A stretch of DNA of 64,000 nucleotides from Paraspadella gotoi (lineage: Eukaryota; Animalia; Chaetognatha): positions 20,280,341 through 20,344,340 of the forward strand of contig CM119266.1 in assembly GCA_051294375.1 (NCBI GenBank), in the 5' to 3' direction. The notes under the pieces were generated by a model, which had not been told where the DNA came from, did not search any database, and worked only from the letters and a program-made list of their open reading frames with translations. Shown piece by piece: positions 52,059 through 64,000 of the stretch (its first letter is position 1; every line of letters begins with the position of its first letter). Made by a program: the position numbers and the translations under genes.

Positions 52059-52801
52059 GTGCAAGCACCTGGTTTTTGTTTGGCGTCGATCCATCTCTCA
52101 CGCCGCCGTCGCCGCCGCCGCTGCCGCCTCCTTCCGCGCTTTCGCCTCCGCAGCCAAGGCCGCCGCTGCCTCCGCCGCCGCCTCCTGTCGCTGCCGCCGT
52201 CGTCGAGACACAAATTCATTTCAAAGAACAGACGACGACAACGACGACGATTACTATTTTTCTGAGAATTCTTTATCCAAAATCGAGTGGTTTAAAGTCT
52301 AAAGCTAAAAAAGTTGGAAGCAAAGACTAAAGGTTTTCCCTTTTTTTTATCGTCCAGCCGCACCTATGTACTATCTTCTCTCTCTCTCTCTCTCTCCTCA
52401 TCATCTCTCTCTCTCTCTCTTCTCTCTCTCTCGTTTCTCTCTCTCGTCTCTCTCTCTCTCTTTCTCTCTTTTCGGACAAATTTATATTGATCACCCTCTT
52501 AACACCGAGATGGCGTTGAGATCTCCGACGAAAGAACTTCGATGAAGACGCAGATTACGATCACGAGGACGAAAGCGACGACGACAAAGAAAACGACGAT
52601 GGCGACGACGATGACGACGACGACAACAAAAACGATGAAGACGACAAAATACAACCGAATAGAAACGACTTTGGGAAATGAGGAACCAAGATGGAAAAAA
52701 ATACTTGTTCTCTCATTAGTACACATTTTCCCCCCTTTATTTTTTGAAAAATGTTCATTTTTCAATTTCTTTTTAACCATCATCAGTTATCACTTCGTCT
52801 G

Positions 52802-52832
<31 letters not shown>

Positions 52833-52850
52833 TCTCCCCTCTCTCCTCTC

Positions 52851-52894
<44 letters not shown>

Positions 52895-54443
52895 CTCTCC
52901 ACCGGGTCGTCTCGGCCAAAAACACGATTTTTCTTTCGCCGGTCTTCCCCTTCCTCTCTTCTTTTCTTTTTCCCCCTCCTCCTCTCTTCCTCCTCCTCCT
53001 CCTCCCTTTTTGTTTTCTGTCCTCTCTTCTTTCCTCATTTACTTTCTTTTCCTCCTTCGACTCCTCCTCTTCCTCCGCCCGTTTAAAATGCACGCAGACC
53101 TTCCTCATCTTCGCGGCTCCGACTGGCGACTCTCTGGTGCCTCCATAACCTTATGGTTCCCATCAATCACGAGTTAAATCAACGTTCACTTTATGGTGGA
53201 ACCAGTGGGGCCGAGAGGGGGAGGGGAGGAAGGGGGAAGGGGGTGGAAGGGGGTAAAAGGACCGGGGGTGGAAGAGGGGAGAGGACGGGGGAAAGGGGAA
53301 GAACCCGCAGGTTAACTGGGAGCGATGTTATGCGTGGATTCGAAGGGAATAGACGTTGAAAGGAAGAAGAACTATTTCGTAAATTCGGATTGGATCGGAA
53401 TTATTTGAATATTTGAAAATAAAAAAAGAATAGAAGATTAAATCAAAATTCAATTATAGTTAGCGAAACAGATAATACAAAATAAAAAAAAAAACTGAAA
53501 TGTTCTTTGATTTTATCATTTTATAAATTTAATTTGACTAATCTGTTTTATCTACAGTTGATTCATGAAGTCTTAGTGGTTTTGGTAAATTAATAGAAAT
53601 AAAGAACAATAACAATAACAATAAGAATGATTTTATTAATAATGATAATATAATAAGAATAAAACTGAAGAAAAACCAACCGACCGACCAATTATGACGT
53701 TTCAGAGAGGCGTCGCTGCATCCTAAAAGAAGGAACAATGGAGCCTGTGATGATAAAAGCTTGGACCCGAAACCAATAAACATAACAGAAAAAAAATAGA
53801 GGAGTCTAAGAGAAAGGCGCGTGCATACACACGCATGCATGCACATTACATGTTCATTTCCATTCTAAGAATCAAAATTTGAGAAAAGGAAAGGAAAAAT
53901 TTGGAAAATCTTGGCTAAAACACTGAACAGAAAGTGAATTGCTCAGTGTGAAAGAAAGGGAAAGAGTAAAAATGGTGAACGCTAGAGAGAGAGAGAGAGA
54001 GAGACAGAAAGAGAGAGAGAGACAGAAAAGAAGAAGAGAGGGAAGAAGAAGAAGAGAAGAGAGAGAGAGAAATGAGAGAGGAGGAGAGAGGAGAGAGAGA
54101 GAGGAGAGAGAGCGGGAAGAGAGAGAGAGAGAGGAAAGAGAGAGAGAGAGAGAGAAAGAGAAGGAGAGAAGAGACATGAAAGACAGACGAGAGAGAGAAA
54201 AGAGATAGAGCTTGAAGGTAACTCTCTGATTTTTTTTCTCTGGCCTTCCATGACGAGTGATGAATGTCCGAGAGAAGAGTGAAGAGAGGCTCATAATTCA
54301 CAATTGGTCTTTCTTGGATCACGACGACGAGGATGAGGAGGAGGAGGAGGAGGAAGAAGAGGAGGAGGAGGATGTTTGTGGCAATGATGAAGAAAAAGGA
54401 TGATGTCGTCATCATAATCATGAGGGGAATCATCATCATCATC

Positions 54444-54444
<1 letters not shown>

Positions 54445-54491
<47 letters not shown>

Positions 54492-54562
54492 TAAAATAAT
54501 AATAATAATAATAAATAATAGAATAATAAATAATAATAATGTTAATATAATTAATAATAATA

Positions 54563-54613
<51 letters not shown>

Positions 54614-54678
54614 TAATGTAATACATAATAAATAATTAATAATAATAAAAATAATAGTAATAATAATAATAATAATAG
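54445..54678. repeat. (AAT)n microsatellite tract
   Basis: Interrupted aat run. Confidence 0.95.
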
Positions 54679-55432
54679 TTAGTCATCATCATCATTACCT
54701 TGCATACTAACATTCATTTTTGTTTCAGCATTTTATATACGAGGGTGGGGTACTAACAAAGGTTTTTTAATTTTTATTCGTTGTCAATCCGAACATGTCT
54801 GCATTGTACTATAATAAATCGATATTGTTAAAAAAATTCAAAAACCTTTGTTATTCATCGAAAGAAAGGAATATACCAATCCGGTTCGAACATAAAATAA
54901 TATATATTATAATATTACGATGCTCCCTCTATTTCCGGGAAGACAATCTGACATATTATAGTTAAAACAAGTTAATCTTGCAATTTTCATTAAAGTATTT
55001 ATAGGTTTAGATAATTGAAAAACGGTAATAGAATATGAAATCATGTTATATTAAATATTTTTAAAAAATCGAAAACATAAAATAGTTGAAAAATAATTTT
55101 AAGTATCATTTATCCATCGATACGAATTACACATCATCATCTTTTTAAACAACTGGTTTTCTAAAACACCACTTATCGCGCGATTGGAAAAAAAAAAATA
55201 TGTGTAAAAAAAAGAGCCGATGCCGCCGTCAATAAAAAAAAAGAGCATCGGACTTATATCGTCGATTCTTCTGCCGGCTGGAAGAAAAATAAAAGGTCCG
55301 TCCCATAACAGGTGAAGATTTCAAAAGAACAAAAACAAAAATAATAAATTCTCATGATTACAATTTTACGGCTCGGAAGGAAAAAAAAAAAGAGAAGAAA
55401 AAAGGCGGACAGAGAAGAAGAGAGAGAGAGAG

Positions 55433-55479
<47 letters not shown>

Positions 55480-56898
55480 AGAGAGAGAAGAGAGAGGAGG
55501 GGAGCAGGAGATCAGGGGAGGACGAGCAGGGGTGGAGAGAGCATGAGAGGAGAGAGCAGGAGAGGAGGGAGAGGAGACGAGACAGACTGATTGAGAAGAA
55601 GGAAACTGTGAATCCGGCGAACGGTTCAGTTTTTTTTTTTTAAACGATTGTTTTTTAAAACTGATAATGGCGCTTATTCTTCGACTTGACGAGATGAGTG
55701 TGGTGAGCGAGAGATGAGAAAGGAGAGAGAGAGAGAGAAGAGAGAACGAGAGAGGAGCAGAGCGGAGAATGAGAGAAACTCTGATTTGATTTGATAGACC
55801 CTCGTAAAGAGGAAAAAGAGAAATAGGGAGAAAAGAAGGAGAGAGAAAAAGATTTTGATCCCGATCACAGGATTATATGATCTTACTTTCTCCATTTTTA
55901 GACTTACGACGAGGGTTGTGGATCTTAAAGAGCAAGAGAGAGAAGGAGGAGGAGGAGAAGAGGAGGAGGAGAAGAAGGGGAGAGGCCGGCGGAGAAGGTG
56001 AGAAGCGGAAAAACAAGCGCCAGCGCATCCCGGCGGTGCAGACGACTGAGGTTCGATTATCCCGAGATATGTACAGAGCGAAGTCGCCCTAGCGCCCGCT
56101 TTAATGAAACGTCACTCCGCGATGACTAAGAAAGGAAGGGAAAGGAGAGAGAGAGGAGAGAGAGAGAGAGAGAGAAGAGAGAGAGGAGAGAGAGAGAGAG
56201 AGAGAGAGAAGAGAGCAGAGAGAGAGAGAGAGAGAGAGAGAGAGTTGATAAGAGACTAACGTCAGCCCATTCGAAAACTTTCTCCTCCGCTTAAAAGTGG
56301 CGGTGATGTTGATTAGGAAGCGACTTTACATGTCGCAGTAGTATTCTTTTTCTCGCGGAGAAGAAAAGTTCGCGGAAAAAAAGGGGGCGCGCTCGTGTCC
56401 CTTAACGCTGAGTATTTTGCTACGCCGGGGCTCGCACGTAAATGAGCATGTGGATTAAAACCGTAATTAATTGAAATAAATTCGTTAAAAAGAAAAATCA
56501 GTAGTAAAAGTAAAGAAAGATCCGTCTACGGTTTCTACAAGAGATGGCGCTATTTTTCTCAGAGACAATCTCTCACCTGCCGGACCCTCCAACGCTCCCG
56601 ACGCCGCCGAAGCTGCCGTCGCTGCCGGTCGCTGCCCGTCGCTGCCGAGTTGCCAGCCGGTTTCAAGCCGCCACCGACCATGTTCAAGCTCCCTACGCCG
56701 CCGATTCTGCCGTCCTGGCGACGTCGGCAATGACGCCGCCACCGACGCTGCCGACGTCGCCGATGACGCTGCCGACGCTGAGCGACGCAGCGGGTTCTCT
56801 TTCGCGTCCAGGGAAATGAATCGAGGCGCCAACTGAAAAAAAGATAAGCGAGCCGAAAATTCTGGAAACTTAATTCGCCTCCTCATTTTTTAATCATT

Positions 56899-56987
<89 letters not shown>

Positions 56988-57595
56988 CTCTCATCCATCA
57001 TCGCTTTACACTCTCAACTCCATCCTACTCCCCTTTCCAAAACTCTGGACTATAAACTGAGTCGCCAATTTTTTCTTTATCCTTTGTCTCTAATTTTATC
57101 TGACTCAACAGAAATCTTCTCTACCCTCGACCACCGCTGACGCTTTACATACGTATGTAAAAAACCCAATTAAAACCCCCATTACAATACAATTGTACAT
57201 ACTTACTCCCACTTTGAATTTACTCATTTTTACTCTTCCCTACTCTTCACTACATTTTCCACTTTCTCAAACCAATTTCATCCACCTTCTATCAATACAT
57301 ATCGGCGACACTTCTCCACTTTCCCACCACCCCCACCCCCCCTTTGTCCACTTACGCAGACCAAATTCCACTTCCCCCCCCTCTTCCCCAACCCCGAATC
57401 CACCCACTCTTCAACTCTACCCCCCTTTCCCAACCGCCCGCTTAAGAGAAAATCATTTATCATCCATCAGGTTTGTTGGAAAAGACGTCAACAAATCAAA
57501 TTAAAGCCTCGTCAGAAAAGCGTTTCTCTGGGAGGCGAAGACGCCGACGAAGACGCGAGCGCGAGCCAGAATTTGACTCCGGTTTTGCGGCGAAG

Positions 57596-57633
<38 letters not shown>

Positions 57634-59001
57634 GAGAGAAGACGAGAAGAGAGAGAGAGAAGAAAGAGAGAGAGAGAAGAGAGAGAGAGAACAGATGATC
57701 AATGGTCGCTTGCTCAATCGTCGTTTGACTCGAGTAAAAAAAAAAAGTTCGGAAATGGTTTTGTTTGTTGACCGCTGCCTCCGCTGCCTCGCTGCAGTTC
57801 AGCCGACTTGCAGCAGGCCGCAGCCAGCCGCCGTCTCGTTCCTCTTCCTCAACATCTCATCTTAGTGAGAGCAGAACCGCCCTTTTTTAGTCGTCTCCGC
57901 CCTCGACTTTACGTGTCCTCGACCCGTCTCGTTCGATCTATCGAACTCTATTGAGGCTGTCGCTCGCTATCGTCTTCATCGTCGTCGTCCCGTCGTCGAT
58001 GTCCCGTGATTTGATCGTCGCCACCAGATCTCGATGCTGCTGTTCTTTCCCAGTCATACACGACCACCGGGGAGAGCGGAGAGATTCAGTCGGAGATGAG
58101 TTCACACTCTCTTTCCCGGAAAAATGTTTCAATCGGTACAACCAACCATATAAAAATATCCATTCATTAATTAAATATGTGTAAGTCCATTGGAACTTTG
58201 ACAGGCGATGCGTTCTGTTTTAATATAGTGCAATAAAGTGTCTTCTTATTAATATTTTAAAAAATTATGTTTAATTGGTATAAATGGTGAGTAATTTTTG
58301 TACGACTAGTAGGAGAGAAATTGACTCGCTTTGGGGAATTTTTAAAAAAATTATACTTATTAAATTCAGTAAAAAAGACTATTTTCAATCAAAAAAACAC
58401 ATCGGAGAGTAATTTTTTTCACAAAATTGAAAGCATGTTATCTAAATAAATAAATTGTTCGAAACTCATTTTTCAACTTAACAATTTTATTAATAATGCA
58501 CAGTTAATCCCCGTTAAAACTTCAACTTAATCAATAACAAAAAACCATTTTCTGAGATATGAATCGAAAATCCTTTACGGCGCGAGGCTCAGTCAGTCAC
58601 GTCACTCTTGACCCCCCAACGTCGCCAGTTTAACTTAATCTCATCCAATTAGTTGACCTTTTGTCTGAGGCCGACGTTCAAAAGAGGCGGCGAGCGGTAG
58701 GACGAGAAGAGGATCGTGCGGGTAGGCCGCCTTGGGTAAGAGGAAAGTCGGTATAGGTATTGGACCAGAACATGCAGGGGAAGCCAAATGGGGAAATAGA
58801 AGAAGGAGCGGACGAGAGGTCGGGAGTTTAACCCAGAATTTAAATAAGGAAACTGAGTTTCTTCATTTCATTCTTGGCTTATTATCGGATTTTTCTCGTG
58901 CCAAGACGATTCACCCATGAACATCAATACTAGAAATAAAAATACACAAACTGGAAATTTATTTGTTGCTTTTTCCGGATCAACGATTAATCTCGAGGAA
59001 G

Positions 59002-60285
59002 ATGAAGATCTTGCACTCTGTCGTGCGTTATGTTTCTCTTGCTTTACGAGTACTTCGACTTACCATTTAATGCAATGTTAAGAACTTAGCAGTTTACTTT
59101 TATTTTTTGTCTCAATAGTAACACCCACGAGATTGAATCATTCTATATATTATAATTTATATTATATATTATATTACTATATATGCTACCAATATTGTTT
59201 CAGACTTGGAAGTTTAAAAATGTATTTACATGCTAATTATTGTAATAAAGATTTATTAATAAGTAGAATGTTTTTGTAACCTTTGCTTATTTCATATCTT
59301 AAATCTAATAGGATAATTTAATGCTCGAAATTCTTGATATATTAAAAATTTTAAATTAATTAAATCTCAAATTGAAAATAATTTCTAATTTTTGCTGACT
59401 GCCTGGAGTTCTTCCAGTTCTTTGGAAACGTTTTTCTTTTTACCTATTCCTAACTTAATCGGAAATAATAATAATATAAACTTAAATAATTCCTTTTTTG
59501 GATTGGTTTTAGATCCATTAAAAAAAATTGTTTTAAAAATTTCTATCATTAATAATTGAACAGTTTGTATATTCCAACTGTGTTTCTCAAATGAAGCATG
59601 AAACGTGGGTAATTTTTAGTTCAACATTTTAAATAAATGATAGAACCCTTGATTGAACCAATCTTTAAAAATGTGCCCTTGTTGATCTCAGACCGAAGAA
59701 ACGATCAAAGGTTTCGAGCAACTCTACGGCGAATTCTACAAAATCTTCAAAGCCCGCCTCTCACCCTCGAGCGGACGATCACACGGGCCTTCTCTCTCGT
59801 CTCCAAGACGCTCCAGGCACTCCTTACCCGGCATCTTACCTTTTGAGAGCGGGCGGCGGGGGCGCGACAGCGCTCTTAGTGGCGCCGGGCACTCGAAGAT
59901 AAAAACTCTGACACCAAAAGACTGTGAACGATTCCATGCTGCGGGGATGAACCGTGAAGGCGCCGGAAGAAATCGGCGTCGATTCTCGAAGGCGTCTTCA
60001 AAGTTAATGACGGGCGGGTGGCGGGGTCCGAGTCCTTATGGGGCCCGAGGAGGAGGAGGAGGGAGGAGGAGGAGAAAATCCTCTCAGGACTTTTGAAAGC
60101 AAATACTTTAAATGAAACCCGAAAGATTTGTAGAAATACGTCATCAACAGCATCAACTTCATTCTCGAGCTCAAAAAATCTTGCGTCGTCATCAGTCGTC
60201 ATCACAAAACTTCCCAACCGGTGCGCCAACGACTTCGACCACCTGCCAATCTGCCTCCTCCGCTAACGAAATACGAAAGGACCAG
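59002..60285 (+). CDS. noisy copy of the secreted-protein gene, showing the whole of exon 2
   Basis: ATGAAGATCTTGCAC at 59002, acceptor tctcag| at 59691, donor gaccag|gtaagt at 60285. Frames switch through indels (LEGVFKVNDGRV...KILSGLLKANTLNETRKIC..KYVINSINFILELKKSCVV..LPNRCANDFDHLPICLLR). Confidence 0.55.
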
Positions 60286-60694
60286 GTAAGTCCCCGAGAC
60301 AGTGGCGGTGAATTTGGCGACCGCCNNNNNNNNNNNNNNNNNNNNNNNNNAGAGAGAGAGAGAGAGAGTTGATAAGAGACTAACGTCAGCCATTCGAAAC
60401 TTTCTCTCCGCTTAAAAGTGGCGGTGATGTTGATTAGGAAGCGACTTTAATGTCGCAGTAATTCTTTTTCTCGCGGAGAAGAAAGTTCGGAAAAAAAGGG
60501 GGCGCGCTCGTGTCCCTTAACGCTGAGTATTTTGCACGCGCGGGGCTCGCACGTAATGAGCATGTGATTAAAACCGTAATTAATTGAAATAAATTCGTTA
60601 AAAAGAAAAATCAGTAGTAAAAGTAAAGAAAAGATCCGTCTACGGTTTCTACAAGAGATGGCGCTATTTTTCATCCGAGACGACACTCTCTCAC

Positions 60695-60910
60695 CTGCCG
60701 ACCCTGCCAACGCTCCCGACGCCGCCGAAGCTGCCGTCGCTGCCGTCGCTGCCGTCGCTGCCGACGTTGCAGCCGTCAACGCCGCCACCGACACTGTCAA
60801 GCTCCCTACGCCGCCGATGCTGCCGTCGCTGCCGACGTCGGCAATGACGCCGCCACCGACGCTGCCGACGTCGCCGATGACGCTGCCGACGCTGGCGACG
60901 CAGCGGGTTC
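60695..60910 (-). repeat. GC-rich 9-bp-periodic low-complexity tract, possible Gly/Ser/Val/Asp-rich exon (duplicate at 56577-56790)
   Basis: Minus strand VGSVIGDVGSVGGGVIADVGSDGSIGGVGS...VGSDGSDGSDGSFGGVGSVGRVG ends at cag|gtgaga; one frameshift needed. The + frame is also open. Confidence 0.35.
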
Positions 60911-63229
60911 TCTCGCGTCCAGGGAAATGAATCGAGCGCCACTTGAAAAAAAGATTAAGCGGAGCCGAAAATTCTGGAAACTTAATTCGCCTCCTCATTT
61001 TTAATCATTTTTGTTTCTCTCTCTCTCTNNNNNNNNNNNNNNNNNNNNNNNNNNNNNNNNNNNNNNNNNNNNNNNNNNNNNNNNNNNNNNNNNNNNNNNN
61101 NNNNNNNNNNNNNNNNNNNNNNNNNNNNNNNNNNNNNNNNNNNNNNNNNNNNNNNNNNNNNNNNNNNNNNNNNNNNNNNNNNNNNNNNNNNNNNNNNNNN
61201 NNNNNNNNNNNNNNNCTGAGTCGCCAATTTTTTTCTTTCATCCTTTTTCTCTAATTTTATCTGGACTCAACAGAAATCTTCTCTACCCTCGACCACCGCT
61301 GACGCTTTACATACGTATGTACAATACAATACAATACAATTGTACATACATACTCCCTTTGAATTTACTCATTTTTACTCTTCCCTACTCTTCTACTACA
61401 TTTTCCACTTTCTCACCAATTTCATCCACCTTCTACTCAATACATATCGNNNNNNNNNNNNNNNNNNNNNNNNNNNNNNNNNNNNNNNNNNNNNNNNNNN
61501 NNNNNNNNNNNNNNNNNNNNNNNNNNNNNNNNNNNNNNNNNNNNNNNNNNNNNNNNNNNNNNNNNNNNNNNNNNNNNNNNNNNNNNNNNNNNNNNNNNNN
61601 NNNNNNNNNNNNNNNNNNNNNNNNNNNNNNNNNNNNNNNNNNNNNNNNNNNNNNNNNNNNNNNNNNNNNNNNNNNNNNNNNNNNNNNNNNNNNNNNNNNN
61701 NNNNNNNNNNNNNNNNNNNNNNNNNNNNNNNNNNNNNNNNNNNNNNNNNNNNNNNNNNNNNNNNNNNNNNNNNNNNNNNNNNNNNNNNNNNNNNNNNNNN
61801 NNNNNNNNNNNNNNNNNNNNNNNNNNNNNNNNNNNNNNNNNNNNNNNNNNNNNNNNNNNNNNNNNNNNNNNNNNNNNNNNNNNNNNNNNNNNNNNNNNNN
61901 NNNNNNNNNNNNNNNNNNNNNNNNNNNNNNNNNNNNNNNNNNNNNNNNNNNNNNNNNNNNNNNNNNNNNNNNNNNNNNNNNNNNNNNNNNNNNNNNNNNN
62001 NNNNNNNNNNNNNNNNNNNNNNNNNNNNNNNNNNNNNNNNNNNNNNNNNNNNNNNNNNNNNNNNNNNNNNNNNNNNNNNNNNNNNNNNNNNNNNNNNNNN
62101 NNNNNNNNNNNNNNNNNNNNNNNNNNNNNNNNNNNNNNNNNNNNNNNNNNNNNNNNNNNNNNNNNNNNNNNNNNNCAGCCGCAGCCGCCGCAGTGAGAGC
62201 AGACGCCCTTCGTCCTCGCCCTCGACTTTACGGTCGACGTCTCGTTCGAGATCGATGAGGCTGTCGCTCGCTTATCGTCTTCATCGTCGTCGTCGTCGTC
62301 GTCGTGATTTGATCGTCGCCACCAATCGATGCTCCTGTCTCCCCAGTCATCACGACCACCGGGAGAGATAGTCGGAGAGAGTTCACCAATCTCTTTCCGA
62401 AAATGTTAAATCGGTACAACCAACATAAAAAAATATCCATTCATTTAATAAATATGTGTAAGTCATTGACTTTGGACAGGCGATGGTGTTTTAATAGAGT
62501 GCAATAAAGTGGTATAATATTTAAAAAATATGTTTTAATTGTATAAAATGGGTAAATTTTTGTACGAGTAGAGAGAAATTGACTCGCTTTTGGGAATTTA
62601 AAAAAAAAATTATACTTATAAATTCAGTAAAAAAAAGACTATTTTCAATCAAAAAACACATCGGAGAGTAATTTTTTCACAAAATTGAAAGCATGTTATC
62701 CAAATAAATAAATTGTTCGAAACTCATTTTTCAACTTAACAATGATTTTATAATAATGGCGTTAAGTCCCCGTCAAACTTCAATGTAATCAATAACAAAA
62801 ACCATTTTTGAGATATGATCGAAATCGTTTACGGCGCGAGGCTCAGTCAGTCAGTCACTCTGACCCCAACGTCGCCGTTTAATTTAATCTCATCCAATTA
62901 GTTGACCTTTTGTCTGAGGCCGACGTTTTCAAAGAGGCGAGGGTAAGGGACCGAGAAGAGGATCGTGGGTAAGGCGCCTTGGGAAGAGGAAAAGTCGGTA
63001 AGGAATATGTGGACCAGTAAATGCAGGAGCCAAATGGGAGAAAGAAGAGGAGCGGGACGAGAGGTCGGGAGGTTAACCCAGAATTTAAAATAAGGAAACT
63101 GAGTTTCTCATTCATTCTTGCTTATTCGGAGTTTTTCTCGTGCCAAGACGATTCATGAACATCCTACTAGAAATAAAAATACACAAACTGGAAAATTATT
63201 TGTGCTTTCGAACGATTAATCCCGAGAAG

Positions 63230-64000
63230 ATGAAGATCTTGCATTCTGTCGTGGTTATGTTTTCTCTTGCTTTTACGAGTACTTCGCTACCATTAATTCA
63301 AGGTAAGAACTTAGCAGTTTACTTTTTATTTTTGCTCAAGTAACACCCACGAGATTGAATATTCTATATATATTATATTATATTATATATATATTATATA
63401 ATGTACCATATTGTTTCAGACTTGAGTTAAAAATCGTATTTACATGCTATATTATTGTAATAAAGATTTATTAATAATAGAATGTTGAACCTTTTATTTC
63501 ATATCTTAAATAATAGGATAATTTAAGCTCGAAATTCTTATTATATTAAAAATTTTAAATAATTAAATCAAATTGAAATAATTTCTAATTTTCTGACTGC
63601 CTGGAGTTTCCAGTTCCGTTGGGAAACGTTTTTCTTACTCATTCTAATAATAGAAATAATAATAATAATAAAACTTAAAAATTCCTTTTTTTGGATTGGT
63701 TTTAGAATCCATTAAAAAAAATTGTTTAAAAATTTCTATTCATTAATAATTGAACATTTTTATATCCAACTGTGTTCTCAATGAAGCATGAAACGTTGGG
63801 TAATTTTTAAGTTCATACATTTTAAATAAATGTAGAACCCTTGGATTGAAACCAAGTCTTTAATAAATTGTGCCCTTTTTGATCTCAGACGAGAAAACGA
63901 TCAAAGGCCTCGGCCAACTCTACGGCGAATTCTACAAAATCTTCAAGCGCCTCTCACCCTCGAGCGGACGATCACACGGCGCCTTCTCTCTCGTCTCCAA
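63230..64000 (+). CDS. 5' part of an uncharacterised secreted protein (signal-peptide exon plus start of exon 2)
   Basis: Exon 1 63230-63302 MKILHSVVVMFSLAFTSTSLPLIQ with phase-1 donor AAG|gtaaga. Exon 2 from 63889 after tctcag continues in phase: DEKTIKGLGQLYGEFYKIFKRLSPSSGRSHGAFSLVS, open to the window end. Confidence 0.72.

Larger units (their letters stand above)
56240..64000. other. adjacent duplicate block (56240-59806 vs 60365-64000), probable assembly redundancy
   Basis: Both start gagagttgataagagactaacgtcagcc and stay colinear to tctctctcgtctccaa. Copy 1 is noisier. Copy 2 has N gaps that copy 1 spans. Confidence 0.88.

Noticed and set aside
53098-53215. Possible exon after cacgcag, with an ARM-like LATLWCLHNL in one frame
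   Set aside because: All three frames are briefly open and nothing favours one; no adjacent ARM-like exons.
54737-54860. tacgaggg mariner-like end with a short internal inverted repeat
   Set aside because: No partner TIR found, so no element can be delimited.

Overview
This is eukaryotic, animal-like draft genomic DNA with short GT-AG introns, abundant AG/GAC/GAT/AAT microsatellites and many N gaps. I see no prokaryotic operons, RNA genes or CRISPR arrays, and almost all supplied ORFs are microsatellite or N-run artefacts. Splicing by eye gives two tandem minus-strand paralogues with phase-consistent exon chains: gene A (7 coding exons, 44961->41809, 310 aa) and gene B (5 exons, 48209->46802, about 219 aa). 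Both begin MGCxKSK (a myristoylation plus palmitoylation motif) and share a hydrophobic helix ending AGAAARWY and a 70-aa C-terminal domain (42/70 identical) that I cannot assign to a known family. Gene A also has five RGD repeats and an inverted repeat covering one splice donor. Other content: the 5' part of a secreted-protein gene (+, 63230 onward), a Tc1/mariner element with TIRs and TA TSDs, a TA-flanked MITE, a degraded Crypton-like tyrosine recombinase, non-LTR RNase H relics and DINE-1/HINE-like repeats. About a third of the window is redundant: three adjacent duplicated blocks (4.8-10.2, 20.3-50.3, 56.2-64 kb) pair a noisy long-read-like copy with a cleaner or gapped copy, most likely gap-filling or haplotype artefacts. 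One noisy copy contains an inverted gene B.
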